From: Dehalococcoidia bacterium
Lineage (GTDB): Bacteria > Chloroflexota > Dehalococcoidia > Lucifugimonadales > CATQGZ01
Length of the DNA: 64,000 bases
Assembly: GCA_965223945.1 (NCBI GenBank)
Contig: CBDCXW010000001.1
Span: forward strand, 320,207-384,206
Direction of reading: 5' to 3'
The translations under genes were made by a program, and so were the position numbers. The stretch's first letter is position 1, and each line of letters begins with the position of its first letter. This document shows positions 35,878-47,431 of this stretch, one piece after another. Under the pieces are notes generated by a model. It was given only the letters and a program-made list of their open reading frames with translations. It made no database searches and was not told the origin of the DNA.

Positions 35878-36248
35878 GGGTGGTCACCGCGGAGCAACAC
35901 CGGGAGATTAGCGCTCAGTTCCTCGACCACGCGGAGGACGAGTTCCGTAAAGGCGATCTGCTCCAAGCCTCCGAGAAAGCATGGGGTGCGGTTTCCCATC
36001 ACGTGAACTCGGTTGCACGCCAGCGGAAGTGGCCTCTGGGGTCCCATAAGCAACTGATCGGTAACGCCAACAGGCTGATCAGTCGGGACCCTGATCGCGC
36101 TAGCCACAGGCGGAGGCTGATGAGATCAGTCGAAGCCCTTCACGCCAACTTCTACCAGGCATCCCTAGACGAGGACTCGGTGCGGGAGGGCATTGAGGAC
36201 GCCAAGGAGTTAATTGAGGCGCTGGAAGACCTCAACAAGGACACATAG
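35874..36248 (+). CDS. All-helical protein resembling the archaeal PaREP1 family
   Basis: 124 aa. KGDLLQASEKAWGAVSHHV...RKWPLGSHKQL...SVEALHANFYQASL matches my recollection of the PaREP1 consensus (GDLxQASEKxWGA...H..L...LHxNFYE). It also contains an R-x6-H spacing. Confidence 0.5.
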   Translation: MRVVTAEQHREISAQFLDHAEDEFRKGDLLQASEKAWGAVSHHVNSVARQRKWPLGSHKQLIGNANRLISRDPDRASHRRRLMRSVEALHANFYQASLDEDSVREGIEDAKELIEALEDLNKDT

Positions 36249-36286
36249 AGCTGCCGAGAAGATGGTCTCCGCGGCGGGAGACTGGC

Positions 36287-36868
36287 CTACTCCACCTCCT
36301 CGGAAAACGTAATCTTCCACTCCCCACCCACCTCTCGGAAGGCCATCCGGATTCGTCGCGTTCCCAGAGGCTCCTTCATCGTCAGGTACATCTCCCATTC
36401 GTCCTCGTCGACTATCGACGGAGGGCTCTCCTCAGTCACACCCAGCTGTACGCTGAACAGCTTGAGCCTTCCTATGTCGCCGCGGATTTTCTCTTCCCGC
36501 TCCTGGCCGTAGCCTTCCTCCAGGAACTCCAACACCCTATCGGCATCGTAGGCATTGAAGGCCTCCCAGTAGTCGAAGACCATCTGTCTGAGGACGTCTG
36601 CCTCCTCGGCCTCTTCCGCAGGGACGGAGGTCGGCTGGGGGTCGTCTGCAAGAACGGGGGTCGGCTCGGGGTCGGCCGCAGGGACGGAGGTCGGCTGGGG
36701 GTCGCCTGCATGGACGAGGGTCGGCGCGGGGTCGGCCGCAGGGATAGTAGTCGGCTTGGGGTCCTCGACAGGGGCGGGGGTCGGCTCGGCGGGCGTCGAG
36801 CTCCCGCAGGCAACTCCGACGACGGCCACCGCTACCAACGCGCAAGGGGCTATCCATCGTCTCAGCAT
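36287..36868 (-). CDS. Lipoprotein with a Pro-rich repeat linker and a small C-terminal alpha+beta (NTF2/SnoaL-like?) domain
   Basis: Likely start MLRRWIAPCALVAVAVVGVAC (lipobox). The linker has repeats of the type DPxPT..PA. The C-terminus reads MVFDYWEAFNAYDADRVLEFLEEGYG. Confidence 0.6.
   Translation of the reverse strand: MLRRWIAPCALVAVAVVGVACGSSTPAEPTPAPVEDPKPTTIPAADPAPTLVHAGDPQPTSVPAADPEPTPVLADDPQPTSVPAEEAEEADVLRQMVFDYWEAFNAYDADRVLEFLEEGYGQEREEKIRGDIGRLKLFSVQLGVTEESPPSIVDEDEWEMYLTMKEPLGTRRIRMAFREVGGEWKITFSEEVE
36616..36770. repeat. 60-bp tandem repeat, about 2.5 copies, encoding the Pro-rich linker
   Basis: CCGCAGGGACGGAGGTCGGCTGGGGGTCG... recurs at 36616 and 36676, with a diverged partial copy at 36736. 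Confidence 0.8.
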
Positions 36869-37075
36869 CGTCCTAACACACCCTCCCAAGGAGCCCGCCC
36901 AACGGGTCCGGCCTCTTTCGATCAAGCATGTCCGGCGACTACGCGGAGCATAGTCATGAGCCCGGAACCTGTCAACAAGCCCGGAAACAACCCCAACGTG
37001 TCAGTCCGGTGGTAGAGTAGCGAGGCGGCATGGACAGGAGATCAGAGGAAAGAAGGCGGCAGGAAACCTTTCGCG

Positions 37076-38012
37076 GTGGACGCATTGAAGGCTTTTCTCA
37101 CGGCCCTCGCCATGACGGCGTTGGCTCTCGCGTGCGGTACGGACGGTGGAACGCAGCCGGTGGAGCGCGGCGATTCCACGCCGATAGTCAGGCGGGTGTG
37201 GCCGGACAGTTGGCCGGTGCCCCCGCTGCCGGTCATGGCCCTGGAGCATCCGGGCGGGCTGGTATGGGGCTCCCCCCACTCGTACTGCTGGCACCTCGAG
37301 GACGAGTCCCGACCGAGTCTGCCACGAGTACTCTCCCTGGACGGGGCTGGATGCCTACCCGGAGGGCGTCCAGGACAGGCAGATCCCCGTCAGGGTCGAC
37401 TCCGAGACGAGGCCGGACAAGATGTTCGCCCAAGTGCACACCCGTCACGGCAACATCATGGTCGACTTCATCCAGATGGGGACGACGTACCCCGTGCTCG
37501 ATCTGGATTTGGACCCCGGAGACTACCACGTCCGCCTGATCGGGCAGTGGCAGTACAACGAGACGACGGACTACGTCGAACGACAGTATGACAACGTCGC
37601 CTACGAGTTCGGCCTGAGTGTCCCCGGCGCGGTCGATCTGCTGGCCGAGTGCGCAAGCACGCTGATCGGGGGAGACTTGAACATCGTGTTGAGCTCGCTC
37701 GACGACCGGATACGCACGGCGGTTGACAGCGCCAACAGTGCCGGATGCAGGTTCAACAAGCCCATCGCCCGAATCTCGCTGACGCTGGACAGCGAGAACT
37801 CCTCCCCCTATACGGAGACCTTCCACGTTGACCCGCCTTCACTCACTGTCGGTTTCCCGTTGCCCGAAGACATGGTCTCGGAGAAGACGGATGGCCCGCT
37901 GCCGCCCGGCGAGTACTCACGTCGTATAGTCGCGGTCTCAGAGGATGGGGATGAGTGGGATGTCACGGGCGCCGACTCCTTCCTGGACACCTTGACCATA
38001 GCGGAGCGCTGA
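37076..38012 (+). pseudogene. Hypothetical lipoprotein split by an apparent 1-nt frameshift near 37296-37320
   Basis: ORF 37076 starts with a good lipoprotein signal (MDALKAFLTALAMTALALAC) and is protein-like up to ...SYCWHLEDE, then becomes Arg/Pro junk. The frame of ORF 37422..38012 is already protein-like from ...RVCHEYSPWTGLDAYPEGVQDRQIPVRVDSE upstream of its ATG. Confidence 0.55.
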
Positions 38013-38071
38013 CTCCAAACATGGGAGTCCCTGGTATCCGGCGCTAGCCCCTGGGCATGACTGGAGCCGGC

Positions 38072-38551
38072 TCAGCACACAGTTGAAAAGGCATCCCCTT
38101 CAAAGATGCCGTCGGCGCGCTGCATCTCGCGGACGTAGCAGATGATCTTCTCCACGTCATCCGATGAGACGCCGGCGACGGGGGCCATATCGCCGAAGGC
38201 CCAGTGGTGCTGCTCCACTCCCTGACGCACGGCGTTGCGAATGCTGAAGTCCGCGTGATGGCCGGGGTGGTAGATTCTATCGACCAGAGGCGGACCTTGA
38301 TTGGTCCCAGCAGCACCATCCCCGTGACAGACCGAGCAGTTAGCATCGAACAGGTCCTCGCCCGCACGGGCCGTTTCCGACAAGGCAGACCCTGCTGCCG
38401 GAACCTGTTCAGCACCCTTAGATTCTGTAGTGGCGCGTCCTGGTTCACTCTCTCCGCCGCATCCAATCATCGAGAGCAGGACAAAGGTCGCGACTACGGT
38501 GTAGACAAACAGCCTACCTGTAGAGTTTCCCGCTCTGGCCACGGCTGGCAT
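38072..38551 (-). CDS. Class I c-type cytochrome, lipoprotein
   Basis: Lipobox LLSMIGC, haem-binding motif CSVCHG and a distal Met candidate (FGDMAPV). Confidence 0.8.
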   Translation of the reverse strand: MPAVARAGNSTGRLFVYTVVATFVLLSMIGCGGESEPGRATTESKGAEQVPAAGSALSETARAGEDLFDANCSVCHGDGAAGTNQGPPLVDRIYHPGHHADFSIRNAVRQGVEQHHWAFGDMAPVAGVSSDDVEKIICYVREMQRADGIFEGDAFSTVC

Positions 38552-39056
38552 TCCTCTCCATGACTCCCGTCCGACCCAGGGTCGGCAGGGTCAACCGATC
38601 TTGGATAATGCTGGGATGAGCGTTGTATCCACCATGACCTATCTCCATAATCGTGATGAGTGAGACGTAGGCAGGTTCACATAGACATCCACATCTTGAG
38701 GATTGTATCAAGCACAGCGGCTCCTCGCGTGCTCTGTGCGCAAGTGGGTGATAGCTGAGTCCGATTGAGTTGCCAGGTCGCTCCACGACTACCCTCATAG
38801 TGAGGGACCCAAGTGGTTGGCCACTCTAGGAGCCTGTCCGAGGATTCGTTCCGGGAGACGAAACCCGCCACGCAATAACCTGCTTACAGCAATCTGGACC
38901 TTGTCGTGGAGTAATTAGCATCTTTACACTCCACTAATGACGCATATCGTTTAGAACATTGTTTCTCGGACAGACTCCTAGAGACGACCTTGGGGACACG
39001 GGACTGGAAACCGTGTACCGACAGCAACCAGCAATGCGGCACCAAGGAGCTGGCTT

Positions 39057-40469
39057 ATGAACATAGACCCCCACAACCCTGAGAGTGTGCAGGGCCTCGA
39101 AGGCGACATTCAACAGCCTCAGGCGATCTCATTGGACGAGGCGGCCGAAATCGCCAGTGAGGTCCAGGAGCTGGTCAGGGCGGGTAGAGAGCGCTCCGCC
39201 TGGGAGTTGATCCGGCACCTGCACCCGGCCGATATGGGGAGCATCGTAGCGAGTCTTCCCCGCGCAAGCATGGAAGCCATGGTCCGCGTCATGTCGCCGG
39301 AAACGGTCGCATGGATGCTGAGGCAGATGAATCCCGTTGTGGCCGGGCGAGTGGGGACTCGCCTCGGTGTGCAGATGCTCAAGTTCGTACTTGGCCAGGT
39401 CCATCCCAATCAGGCGCTGGCTACGTTGCGACGGATTCCAATTCTGCGGCCTCAGGAGGTAGCGGAGTCTCTGGAACAACCCCAAGTCGTAGAAGAGCTT
39501 CTTGCACATGAGCCGGACACGGCTGGTTCCCTCATGGTCACCCAGCTGCCGATGGTCGATGTCGACGGTCCAGCCGAAGGGGCTCGGGAGAATCTAAGGG
39601 CACTGAAGGAGATACGACACAAGCTCACACACATATACGTAGCCGGAGACGGCGGCACCCTTTTCGGCCAGATCAGCATGGTAGACCTCGCTCTGGCGGA
39701 CGATGCGACGCCCATTCGGACGATAGCCTCGTCAATCGTGGCCACCGTGACAGCCGAAACGCCCGCCGATGAGTGCGCCCGGCTTCAGCGCCACTACAAT
39801 CTGATGCAGATACCGGTGGTCGACGATGATCGGATGATAGGAGTGATCCTGGCGGAATCGCTGCTGGGCGCCACAGTAGAGCAGGACACGCGCCAGATGC
39901 AGCAGGTGGGCAACGTGGCCGGCGAGACGGTGGACGGTCCTCTGGCCAGCTCGGTCCGTACACGCCTCCCCTGGCTAACGGTCAACCTGGCCACGACGTT
40001 CCTTGCCGCGGCAACTATTGCGCTGTTTGAATCGACCCTGACTCAAGTGGTCGTGCTTGCCGCATTTCTACCTGTGGTGGCTGGCCAGGGAGGGATTGGC
40101 GGAACCCAGACCTTGACCCTCATAGTACGAGCGATCGCGCTTGGAGAGCTCGTCGGTGTCGGTGCTCAGCGGCTCCTTATTCGGGAAGCCTTCCTCGGCT
40201 TGGTTCACGGGATTTGGCTGGGCGTCCTAGTCGCGATCATCGCCGTCCTATGGAAGCAGAACGTTGGCCTGGGGCTCGTGTTGGGAATCGCTATGCTCGG
40301 CAACATGCTAATTGCCGGTTCGGTCGGAGCGGCGGTGCCGCTGTTCCTGCGGCGAATGGGACTGGACCCGGCGGTCGCATCCGCTGTGGTCGTCACCACC
40401 GTTACGGACGTGTTCGGCTTTCTGCTGTTCCTGGGTATCGCGAGCGCCTTCATCAGTCTAATCACATAG
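39057..40469 (+). CDS. mgtE: Magnesium transporter MgtE
   Basis: 470 aa with an N-domain, a CBS pair and a C-terminal 5-TM domain (AGQGGIGGTQTLTLIVRAIALGE, VVTTVTDVFGFLLFLGIA). Confidence 0.9.
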   Translation: MNIDPHNPESVQGLEGDIQQPQAISLDEAAEIASEVQELVRAGRERSAWELIRHLHPADMGSIVASLPRASMEAMVRVMSPETVAWMLRQMNPVVAGRVGTRLGVQMLKFVLGQVHPNQALATLRRIPILRPQEVAESLEQPQVVEELLAHEPDTAGSLMVTQLPMVDVDGPAEGARENLRALKEIRHKLTHIYVAGDGGTLFGQISMVDLALADDATPIRTIASSIVATVTAETPADECARLQRHYNLMQIPVVDDDRMIGVILAESLLGATVEQDTRQMQQVGNVAGETVDGPLASSVRTRLPWLTVNLATTFLAAATIALFESTLTQVVVLAAFLPVVAGQGGIGGTQTLTLIVRAIALGELVGVGAQRLLIREAFLGLVHGIWLGVLVAIIAVLWKQNVGLGLVLGIAMLGNMLIAGSVGAAVPLFLRRMGLDPAVASAVVVTTVTDVFGFLLFLGIASAFISLIT

Positions 40470-40665
40470 GCCGGCCAAGCATCTCTCCTTCCTTCTTCCC
40501 AGCCCTCCACTGACTGATCGGGAGATTGCATGCAGCCTTTCGTCTCATGATGTGGGAAGGCGCTGAGTCCGGAGCACTGTGGTTGAGGTCATGCGCGTCA
40601 TTGATTTGCCAGCACGCATGTGCTATCATATTCCCGTGGCCAAGACTGAATCCCACGGTTACACC

Positions 40666-40717
40666 ATTCCGGCGGCGCCCGGAATCAACCGCTCTCTGCG
40701 CTCTCCGCGGTTAGACC
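40666..40717. repeat. Two adjacent interspersed repeats: ATTCCGGC-GGCGC-CCGGAAT hairpin (copy 4) and CTCTCTGCGCTCTCCGCGGTTAGACC
   Basis: Read directly. The second is the reverse complement of the element at 23058-23094. Confidence 0.7.
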
Positions 40718-40877
40718 ATCTCCCCTGTCACATTCGTGTAACATTCACGTCACATCTGGGCACTTTCGGGCAACTTCCTGCCACATCTTGTAACCGGGCC
40801 CAAAGCTGAAAGTGACACGATGTGACAAAAGGTTACTGATTTACGGCGGAGCCCATCATCCGCCCTTGGTCCGGTGA

Positions 40878-42944
<2,067 letters not shown>

Positions 42945-42984
42945 CTACGGGGAGACCAGAGGGTGCAGAGATGAACGTGGAGAG

Positions 42985-43045
42985 GGAGGCTCTTACCCCC
43001 TCTCCCCTTGTGGGAGAAGGCTGGGATGAGGGGGATGACGGCAGA
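42985..43045. repeat. Single inverted copy of the hairpin element that forms the 1-215 array
   Basis: The reverse complement CGTCATCCCCCTCATCCCAGCCTTCTCCCACAAGGGGAGAGGGGGTAAGAG parallels CGTCACCCCCACCCCAGCCCTCTCCCGTCGAGGGAGAGGGGGGAAGAG of the array units. Confidence 0.75.
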
Positions 43046-43151
43046 GGCCGTCACCTTTCCGGCACCCGGCTGCTCGCAGGCCAGCACCCTCCTTCCTCCC
43101 CCTTTGCGGGCAAGATACCCGCGCTCCCAGTGCGTGGTCGAGGAGGCTAGC

Positions 43152-44327
43152 ATCCACGTCGCGCACCTGAGCCTGGTCAACTTCCGCAACTACCCGACGC
43201 TGAGCCTCGATCTCCGGCCCGGGACCGTGATTGTCTACGGCGACAATGGCCAGGGCAAGAGCAACCTGCTCGAGTCCATCTACATGCTCGCCATCGCGAA
43301 GTCGCCCAGAGCGTCCGCCGACCGGGAGCTCGTGCGGCGCCAGGCCTCCGACGCGATCGTCTACTCGCGAGTGGCCGCCGTGATCAGGGAGGGAGCGGAC
43401 GACCTAAAGCTCCAGATAGACATAGGCACCGCCGGAACGGAGGTGCCCGGCGCCGAACGAGGGGAGGGGCAACCGTCCCTGATGAAGCGCTTCCGCGTCA
43501 ACGGCGCGCCGAGGCGGGCGGCTGACCTAGTGGGTTACCTCAACGCGGTCATGTTCAGCGCCCACGACATGGAGGTCGTCTACGGCCCTCCGGCCGTACG
43601 CAGGCGATACCTCGATATCCTCATCTCGCAGATCGACCGGCACTACCTGGGGGCACTACAGCGGTACCAGCGGGTCCTATACCAGCGCAACCACCTCCTG
43701 AAACGATTGCGGGAAGGCCCCTCCGCGCCCGAAGAGTTGGAAGTCTGGAACGAGAGGTTGATTGACGAAGCGAAGTACGTCATGGCCAGGCGCGCCGAGA
43801 CGATAGCCGCCCTCTCGGAGCTTGCCAGGCCTATACACCTCGAGCTGGCCGGAAGCGACGAGCGCCTGCGGCTGGTCTACAGGCCGTCCGTGCCGGTCGA
43901 TTCCGACGGCTCCGATGAGATGATCGCCGAGCACCTCCGCGGAGCCCTGGAGGAGAGACGATCCAGAGAGATCGCCGGTGGCGTGACTGTCAGCGGGCCT
44001 CACCGAGACGACTTCGAGGTACTCATAGACAGGATGGACGCCGCGGCCTACGCTTCGCGCGGGCAGTCGCGGACGGCAGTCCTGGCCCTGCGGCTCGCCG
44101 AGGCGCGGCACCTCACAGACAGACGGCGCCGGGAGCCCGTCCTGCTGCTGGACGACGTCCTGTCGGAGCTGGACGCCAACCGCCGGCGATGCGTGCTGCG
44201 CAGGGCAGCCCTATATGAGCAGTGCTTCGTCACCACGTCCGACCCGGCTGCCATCGACGACGACCTCCTCTCGGACGCGGCGCGGCTCAGGGTGCGGAGC
44301 GGTGACATCGAGGCCGTCGACGGCTGA
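43152..44327 (+). CDS. recF: DNA replication and repair protein RecF
   Basis: Begins (I)HVAHLSLVNFRNY. Walker A is GDNGQGKSNLLE and Walker B is VLLLDDVLSELD. The start is ambiguous: ATC 43152 lies 5 nt after GAGGAGG, GTG 43134 has no SD, and the track's 43008 start lies inside the repeat. Confidence 0.85.
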   Translation: MHVAHLSLVNFRNYPTLSLDLRPGTVIVYGDNGQGKSNLLESIYMLAIAKSPRASADRELVRRQASDAIVYSRVAAVIREGADDLKLQIDIGTAGTEVPGAERGEGQPSLMKRFRVNGAPRRAADLVGYLNAVMFSAHDMEVVYGPPAVRRRYLDILISQIDRHYLGALQRYQRVLYQRNHLLKRLREGPSAPEELEVWNERLIDEAKYVMARRAETIAALSELARPIHLELAGSDERLRLVYRPSVPVDSDGSDEMIAEHLRGALEERRSREIAGGVTVSGPHRDDFEVLIDRMDAAAYASRGQSRTAVLALRLAEARHLTDRRRREPVLLLDDVLSELDANRRRCVLRRAALYEQCFVTTSDPAAIDDDLLSDAARLRVRSGDIEAVDG

Positions 44328-44349
44328 CGCGCCCCCTGTGCGAGGGAGC

Positions 44350-45408
44350 CTACCTGCCCGGCTGCAGCACCTCGGCCAAGCCGTCGATGGGGATCCCGTA
44401 ACGAGTGTTCCCGTCCCGGCCCACCAGCGTCTCGGCGCGGAGGATCGAGTTGATAATCGCCTCCTCGGTAGCCTCGACGCAGCACCGGAACAGGGGCGTC
44501 AGATGCGAATCGTGGACATCCGGCCTGACCTCCGAGTTCGAGAACGCGATGATGAAGTCGCCGCTGCTATGGCTGGCTATTCCGCCCACCCTGGCCAGGC
44601 CGAAAGTAGCCCGACGCGCGATTCGCCCCAGCTGGCGAGCCGTTACGGGGGCGTCCGTAGCCACCACGATCATGATCGAACCGTAGGCATCCTCACTGGC
44701 ACCTGAAGGCATCAGGTGTCGACCGACCTGCACGCCGTCGATACGAAGCTCGTGCGGGTCACCTGTGTTGGTCAGGACGAGCACGCCGACCGTGTACTCG
44801 TTGGACGGCAGCTCGCACACCCTGGAGGACGTGCCGATCCCACCCTTCCAACCGAAGCCGGTCATCCCCGTGCCCGCGCCCACGTTGCCCTCCTCCGTGC
44901 TGGGACTCTTCGCGGCCTCGATCGCCCCTGCCACGTGGTATGGCCGTACGTGCCGTCCAACGATGTCGTTGAGGAAGCCGTCGTTGCACTCCCCGACCAC
45001 AGGGTTGAACGAGAGGACGCCCGGATTGGCGCGCGACAGGTAGTCGACCATCCCGTCGGCGGCGCGCCAGGTGCTCAGCGTGCTCGTCAGAGCGATCGGA
45101 CTCTCGATGACCCCGAGCTCGGCCACCTGGGGAAACCCGACCGACTTCCCGAAGCCGTTGACGACGTGAACGGCCCCCGTGACCTCCTGACGGAACACGT
45201 TGCCCTGATGCGGCAGTATCACCGTAACCCCGCTGCGCACCGGGCCCTGGCCCGTGAGCAGAGCGCCGTGGCCCTCCATGAGGGTCAGGTGTCCGACGGT
45301 CACTCCTGCCACGTCTGTGATGGAGTTGTGCGGCCCATGGGGCAGAAGTCCGATACGAAGACCGAGGTCTGTAGCTCTGGGACGACTCGATTCCGACACC
45401 CTACTCAA
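44350..45408 (-). CDS. DmpA/ornithine acetyltransferase-fold aminopeptidase (peptidase S58 family)
   Basis: 352 aa. Contains NSITDVAGVTVGH, SGVTVILP and GAGTGMTGFGWKGGIGTSSR (self-processing nucleophile region). Confidence 0.8.
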   Translation of the reverse strand: MSRVSESSRPRATDLGLRIGLLPHGPHNSITDVAGVTVGHLTLMEGHGALLTGQGPVRSGVTVILPHQGNVFRQEVTGAVHVVNGFGKSVGFPQVAELGVIESPIALTSTLSTWRAADGMVDYLSRANPGVLSFNPVVGECNDGFLNDIVGRHVRPYHVAGAIEAAKSPSTEEGNVGAGTGMTGFGWKGGIGTSSRVCELPSNEYTVGVLVLTNTGDPHELRIDGVQVGRHLMPSGASEDAYGSIMIVVATDAPVTARQLGRIARRATFGLARVGGIASHSSGDFIIAFSNSEVRPDVHDSHLTPLFRCCVEATEEAIINSILRAETLVGRDGNTRYGIPIDGLAEVLQPGR

Positions 45409-45454
45409 AGTGCCTCTCTTACAGCGTTCTGGTAAACCTCAGAGACCACCGGCT

Positions 45455-46555
45455 TCACAGGCCCATCGAGACGCCTATCAGCCTGCCCACGCCGAACGTC
45501 ACGGTTGCCGCCAAGCCGCCGGCCAGGAACATTCTCAGGGCCCCCCAGGCTACATTACGGCCCGCCGCCGCCGCAAGAACGCCGCCGACGACGACCAGCG
45601 CCAGCCCGCCAACCACGGCGCTGGCAACCACGGCGCCGCTTTCGGCAGCAAACAGAAACGGAATGATCGGCAGGGCAGCTCCGGCCACGAAGGCGAAGAA
45701 CGAGCTAATGGCGGCGCCCCACGGAGCCCCGAGCTGAGATGGGTCAAGCCCCAGCTCCTCTCTGGCCATCGTCTCCAGAGCGACGTCTGGTCTACTCATG
45801 ATCCGCTTCGCTACGGACCGCGCCTCGGCTTCGGGGATGCCCTTCGCCCGGTATATCAGCACGAGCTCCTCCTCTTCCTCTTCCGGCCACTCCTCCAGCT
45901 CCGCCTTCTCCATCCGGATCCGGTGCTCGTATGTGTCGCGCTGCGACCGCATCGAGATGTACTCGCCGGCGGCCATGGAGAACGCCCCCGCCAGCAGTCC
46001 AGCAGTGCCGGCAAGCAGCACGAACTCGTGGTTGCCGGTACCTCCCGCCACGCCCATAACGAGGCTGAAGTTCGATACGAGGCCGTCGTTCATCCCCAGA
46101 ACGGCCGCCCTGAGACGTCCCCCGTCCCCTATGCCAGCCTCCGTGGCCGGCCGAATGCCCGCCAGAGGGTCGTCGCCGCTGGCAAGCGCGCTCAGCACTT
46201 GAGAGTGCCTGCGCTCTTCTTCCACGAGGTCAACGGCCTCCGGGTCCGCAGCATAGGCGGCCATCTCCTTGGCCTCGAACCGCACCAGCCACGGCACCAC
46301 ACGCTTGGTGCCGAACAGCCTGGCGGCTAGGGCGTACGACCTTAGCTTCATCGCAGACGCGCGCGGCTCTACCTCGGCGGCGTTCATGCCGAGCTTCTCA
46401 GCCCACCTGCCCGCGTGCCTCATCTCGGACGCACGCAGCTCTTCGAAGATCTCACGACGGCCCTCATCCTCCTCGGCGTCGGCCAGAACCCTGTAGACGG
46501 CCGCCGCTTCCAGCTCCGCCTCGAGGTACTCTTTGTAGCGGGCCTCGTCCCTCAT
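45455..46555 (-). CDS. VIT1/CCC1-family iron/manganese transporter with an N-terminal ferritin-like domain
   Basis: The N-terminus EAELEAAAVYRVLA...ELRASEMRHAGRW is rubrerythrin-like. It is followed by LRAAVLGMNDGLVSNFSLVMGVAG and C-terminal TM helices. Confidence 0.8.
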   Translation of the reverse strand: MRDEARYKEYLEAELEAAAVYRVLADAEEDEGRREIFEELRASEMRHAGRWAEKLGMNAAEVEPRASAMKLRSYALAARLFGTKRVVPWLVRFEAKEMAAYAADPEAVDLVEEERRHSQVLSALASGDDPLAGIRPATEAGIGDGGRLRAAVLGMNDGLVSNFSLVMGVAGGTGNHEFVLLAGTAGLLAGAFSMAAGEYISMRSQRDTYEHRIRMEKAELEEWPEEEEEELVLIYRAKGIPEAEARSVAKRIMSRPDVALETMAREELGLDPSQLGAPWGAAISSFFAFVAGAALPIIPFLFAAESGAVVASAVVGGLALVVVGGVLAAAAGRNVAWGALRMFLAGGLAATVTFGVGRLIGVSMGL

Positions 46556-47403
46556 TCGATGCGGAGGCCCTCTCGGACACCCTTGATGCGGTCCATGTTC
46601 TCCTTGTCAGGCCCCTTCTTGTCCATGCCGGGGACCTCCAGGATGAAGGGCACTTCCCTGAATGCCGGGTGGCCCAGGATCACCTCAAAGCCCGCGATGC
46701 CGATGTGCCCCTCCCCGATGTTCTCGTGGCGGTCCACCCCAGAGCCGAACTCCACCTTGGCATCGTTGGCGTGAACCACGACCAGCTTATCCAGGCCTAT
46801 CGCCCTGTCGAACTCGTCCATGACGCCGTCGATGGCGTCCGGGTCGGCCAGATTGTACCCGGCTGCGAACGTATGCTCGGTATCCAGGCACACTTTGACG
46901 CGCGGATCGTCGACCGCCTCGATCATCCGGGCGATCTCAGTAAACGACGATCCGATGTGCGAGCCCATACCGGCGCTGTTCTCAATGATCAGCCACACGT
47001 CCTCCGGGCTCTCAGCCAGCGCCTCTCGAAGGGCCACCGAGGCCTGGTCGAGCACTCCGTCGAATCCAACGCCCCCATGGCTGCCGCCATGGAATATCAC
47101 CCCGGCCGCTCCGATACGACCCGCTGCGTTCATGTGAGAGGTCAGCGAGCCGACCGACTTGACCACCAGGTCCGGTTTGCCGCCCACGTTGATCAGGTAG
47201 CTGGCGTGAATGAAAACGGGCGATATGCCGGTCTCGTCCTGCCTGGCCCGGAAGGCCTCCACCTGGGTCTCTGGAGCATCCCGGAACTTCCAGGCCCTCG
47301 GCGACGTGGCGAAAATCTGGACCGCCTCCGCCCCGATCTCCAAGGCCCGGTCGAACGCCTTGTCTATCCCTCCCGATGTCGAAACGTGTGCTCCCAGCTT
47401 CAT
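46552..47403 (-). CDS. nfo: Endonuclease IV (deoxyribonuclease IV)
   Basis: 283 aa. Contains MKLGAHVSTSGGIDKAFDRALEIGAEAVQIF, IFHGGSH, ENSAG, VCLDTEH and DRHENIGEGHIG. Confidence 0.9.
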   Translation of the reverse strand: MKLGAHVSTSGGIDKAFDRALEIGAEAVQIFATSPRAWKFRDAPETQVEAFRARQDETGISPVFIHASYLINVGGKPDLVVKSVGSLTSHMNAAGRIGAAGVIFHGGSHGGVGFDGVLDQASVALREALAESPEDVWLIIENSAGMGSHIGSSFTEIARMIEAVDDPRVKVCLDTEHTFAAGYNLADPDAIDGVMDEFDRAIGLDKLVVVHANDAKVEFGSGVDRHENIGEGHIGIAGFEVILGHPAFREVPFILEVPGMDKKGPDKENMDRIKGVREGLRIE

Positions 47404-47431
47404 CTACCGCTCCTGTCGTCTATTTCGACCT

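Noticed and set aside
38514-38871. ORFs 38514..38798(-) and 38677..38871(-) in the mgtE upstream region.
   Set aside because: They lie in AT-rich sequence, have no Shine-Dalgarno, and have odd composition. They are more likely non-coding leader or promoter DNA.
43008-43133. The recF ORF start at 43008 (MWEKAGMRGMTAEAV...).
   Set aside because: This extension is a translation of the interspersed hairpin element between ligA and recF. RecF homology begins at IHVAHLSLVNFRNY.
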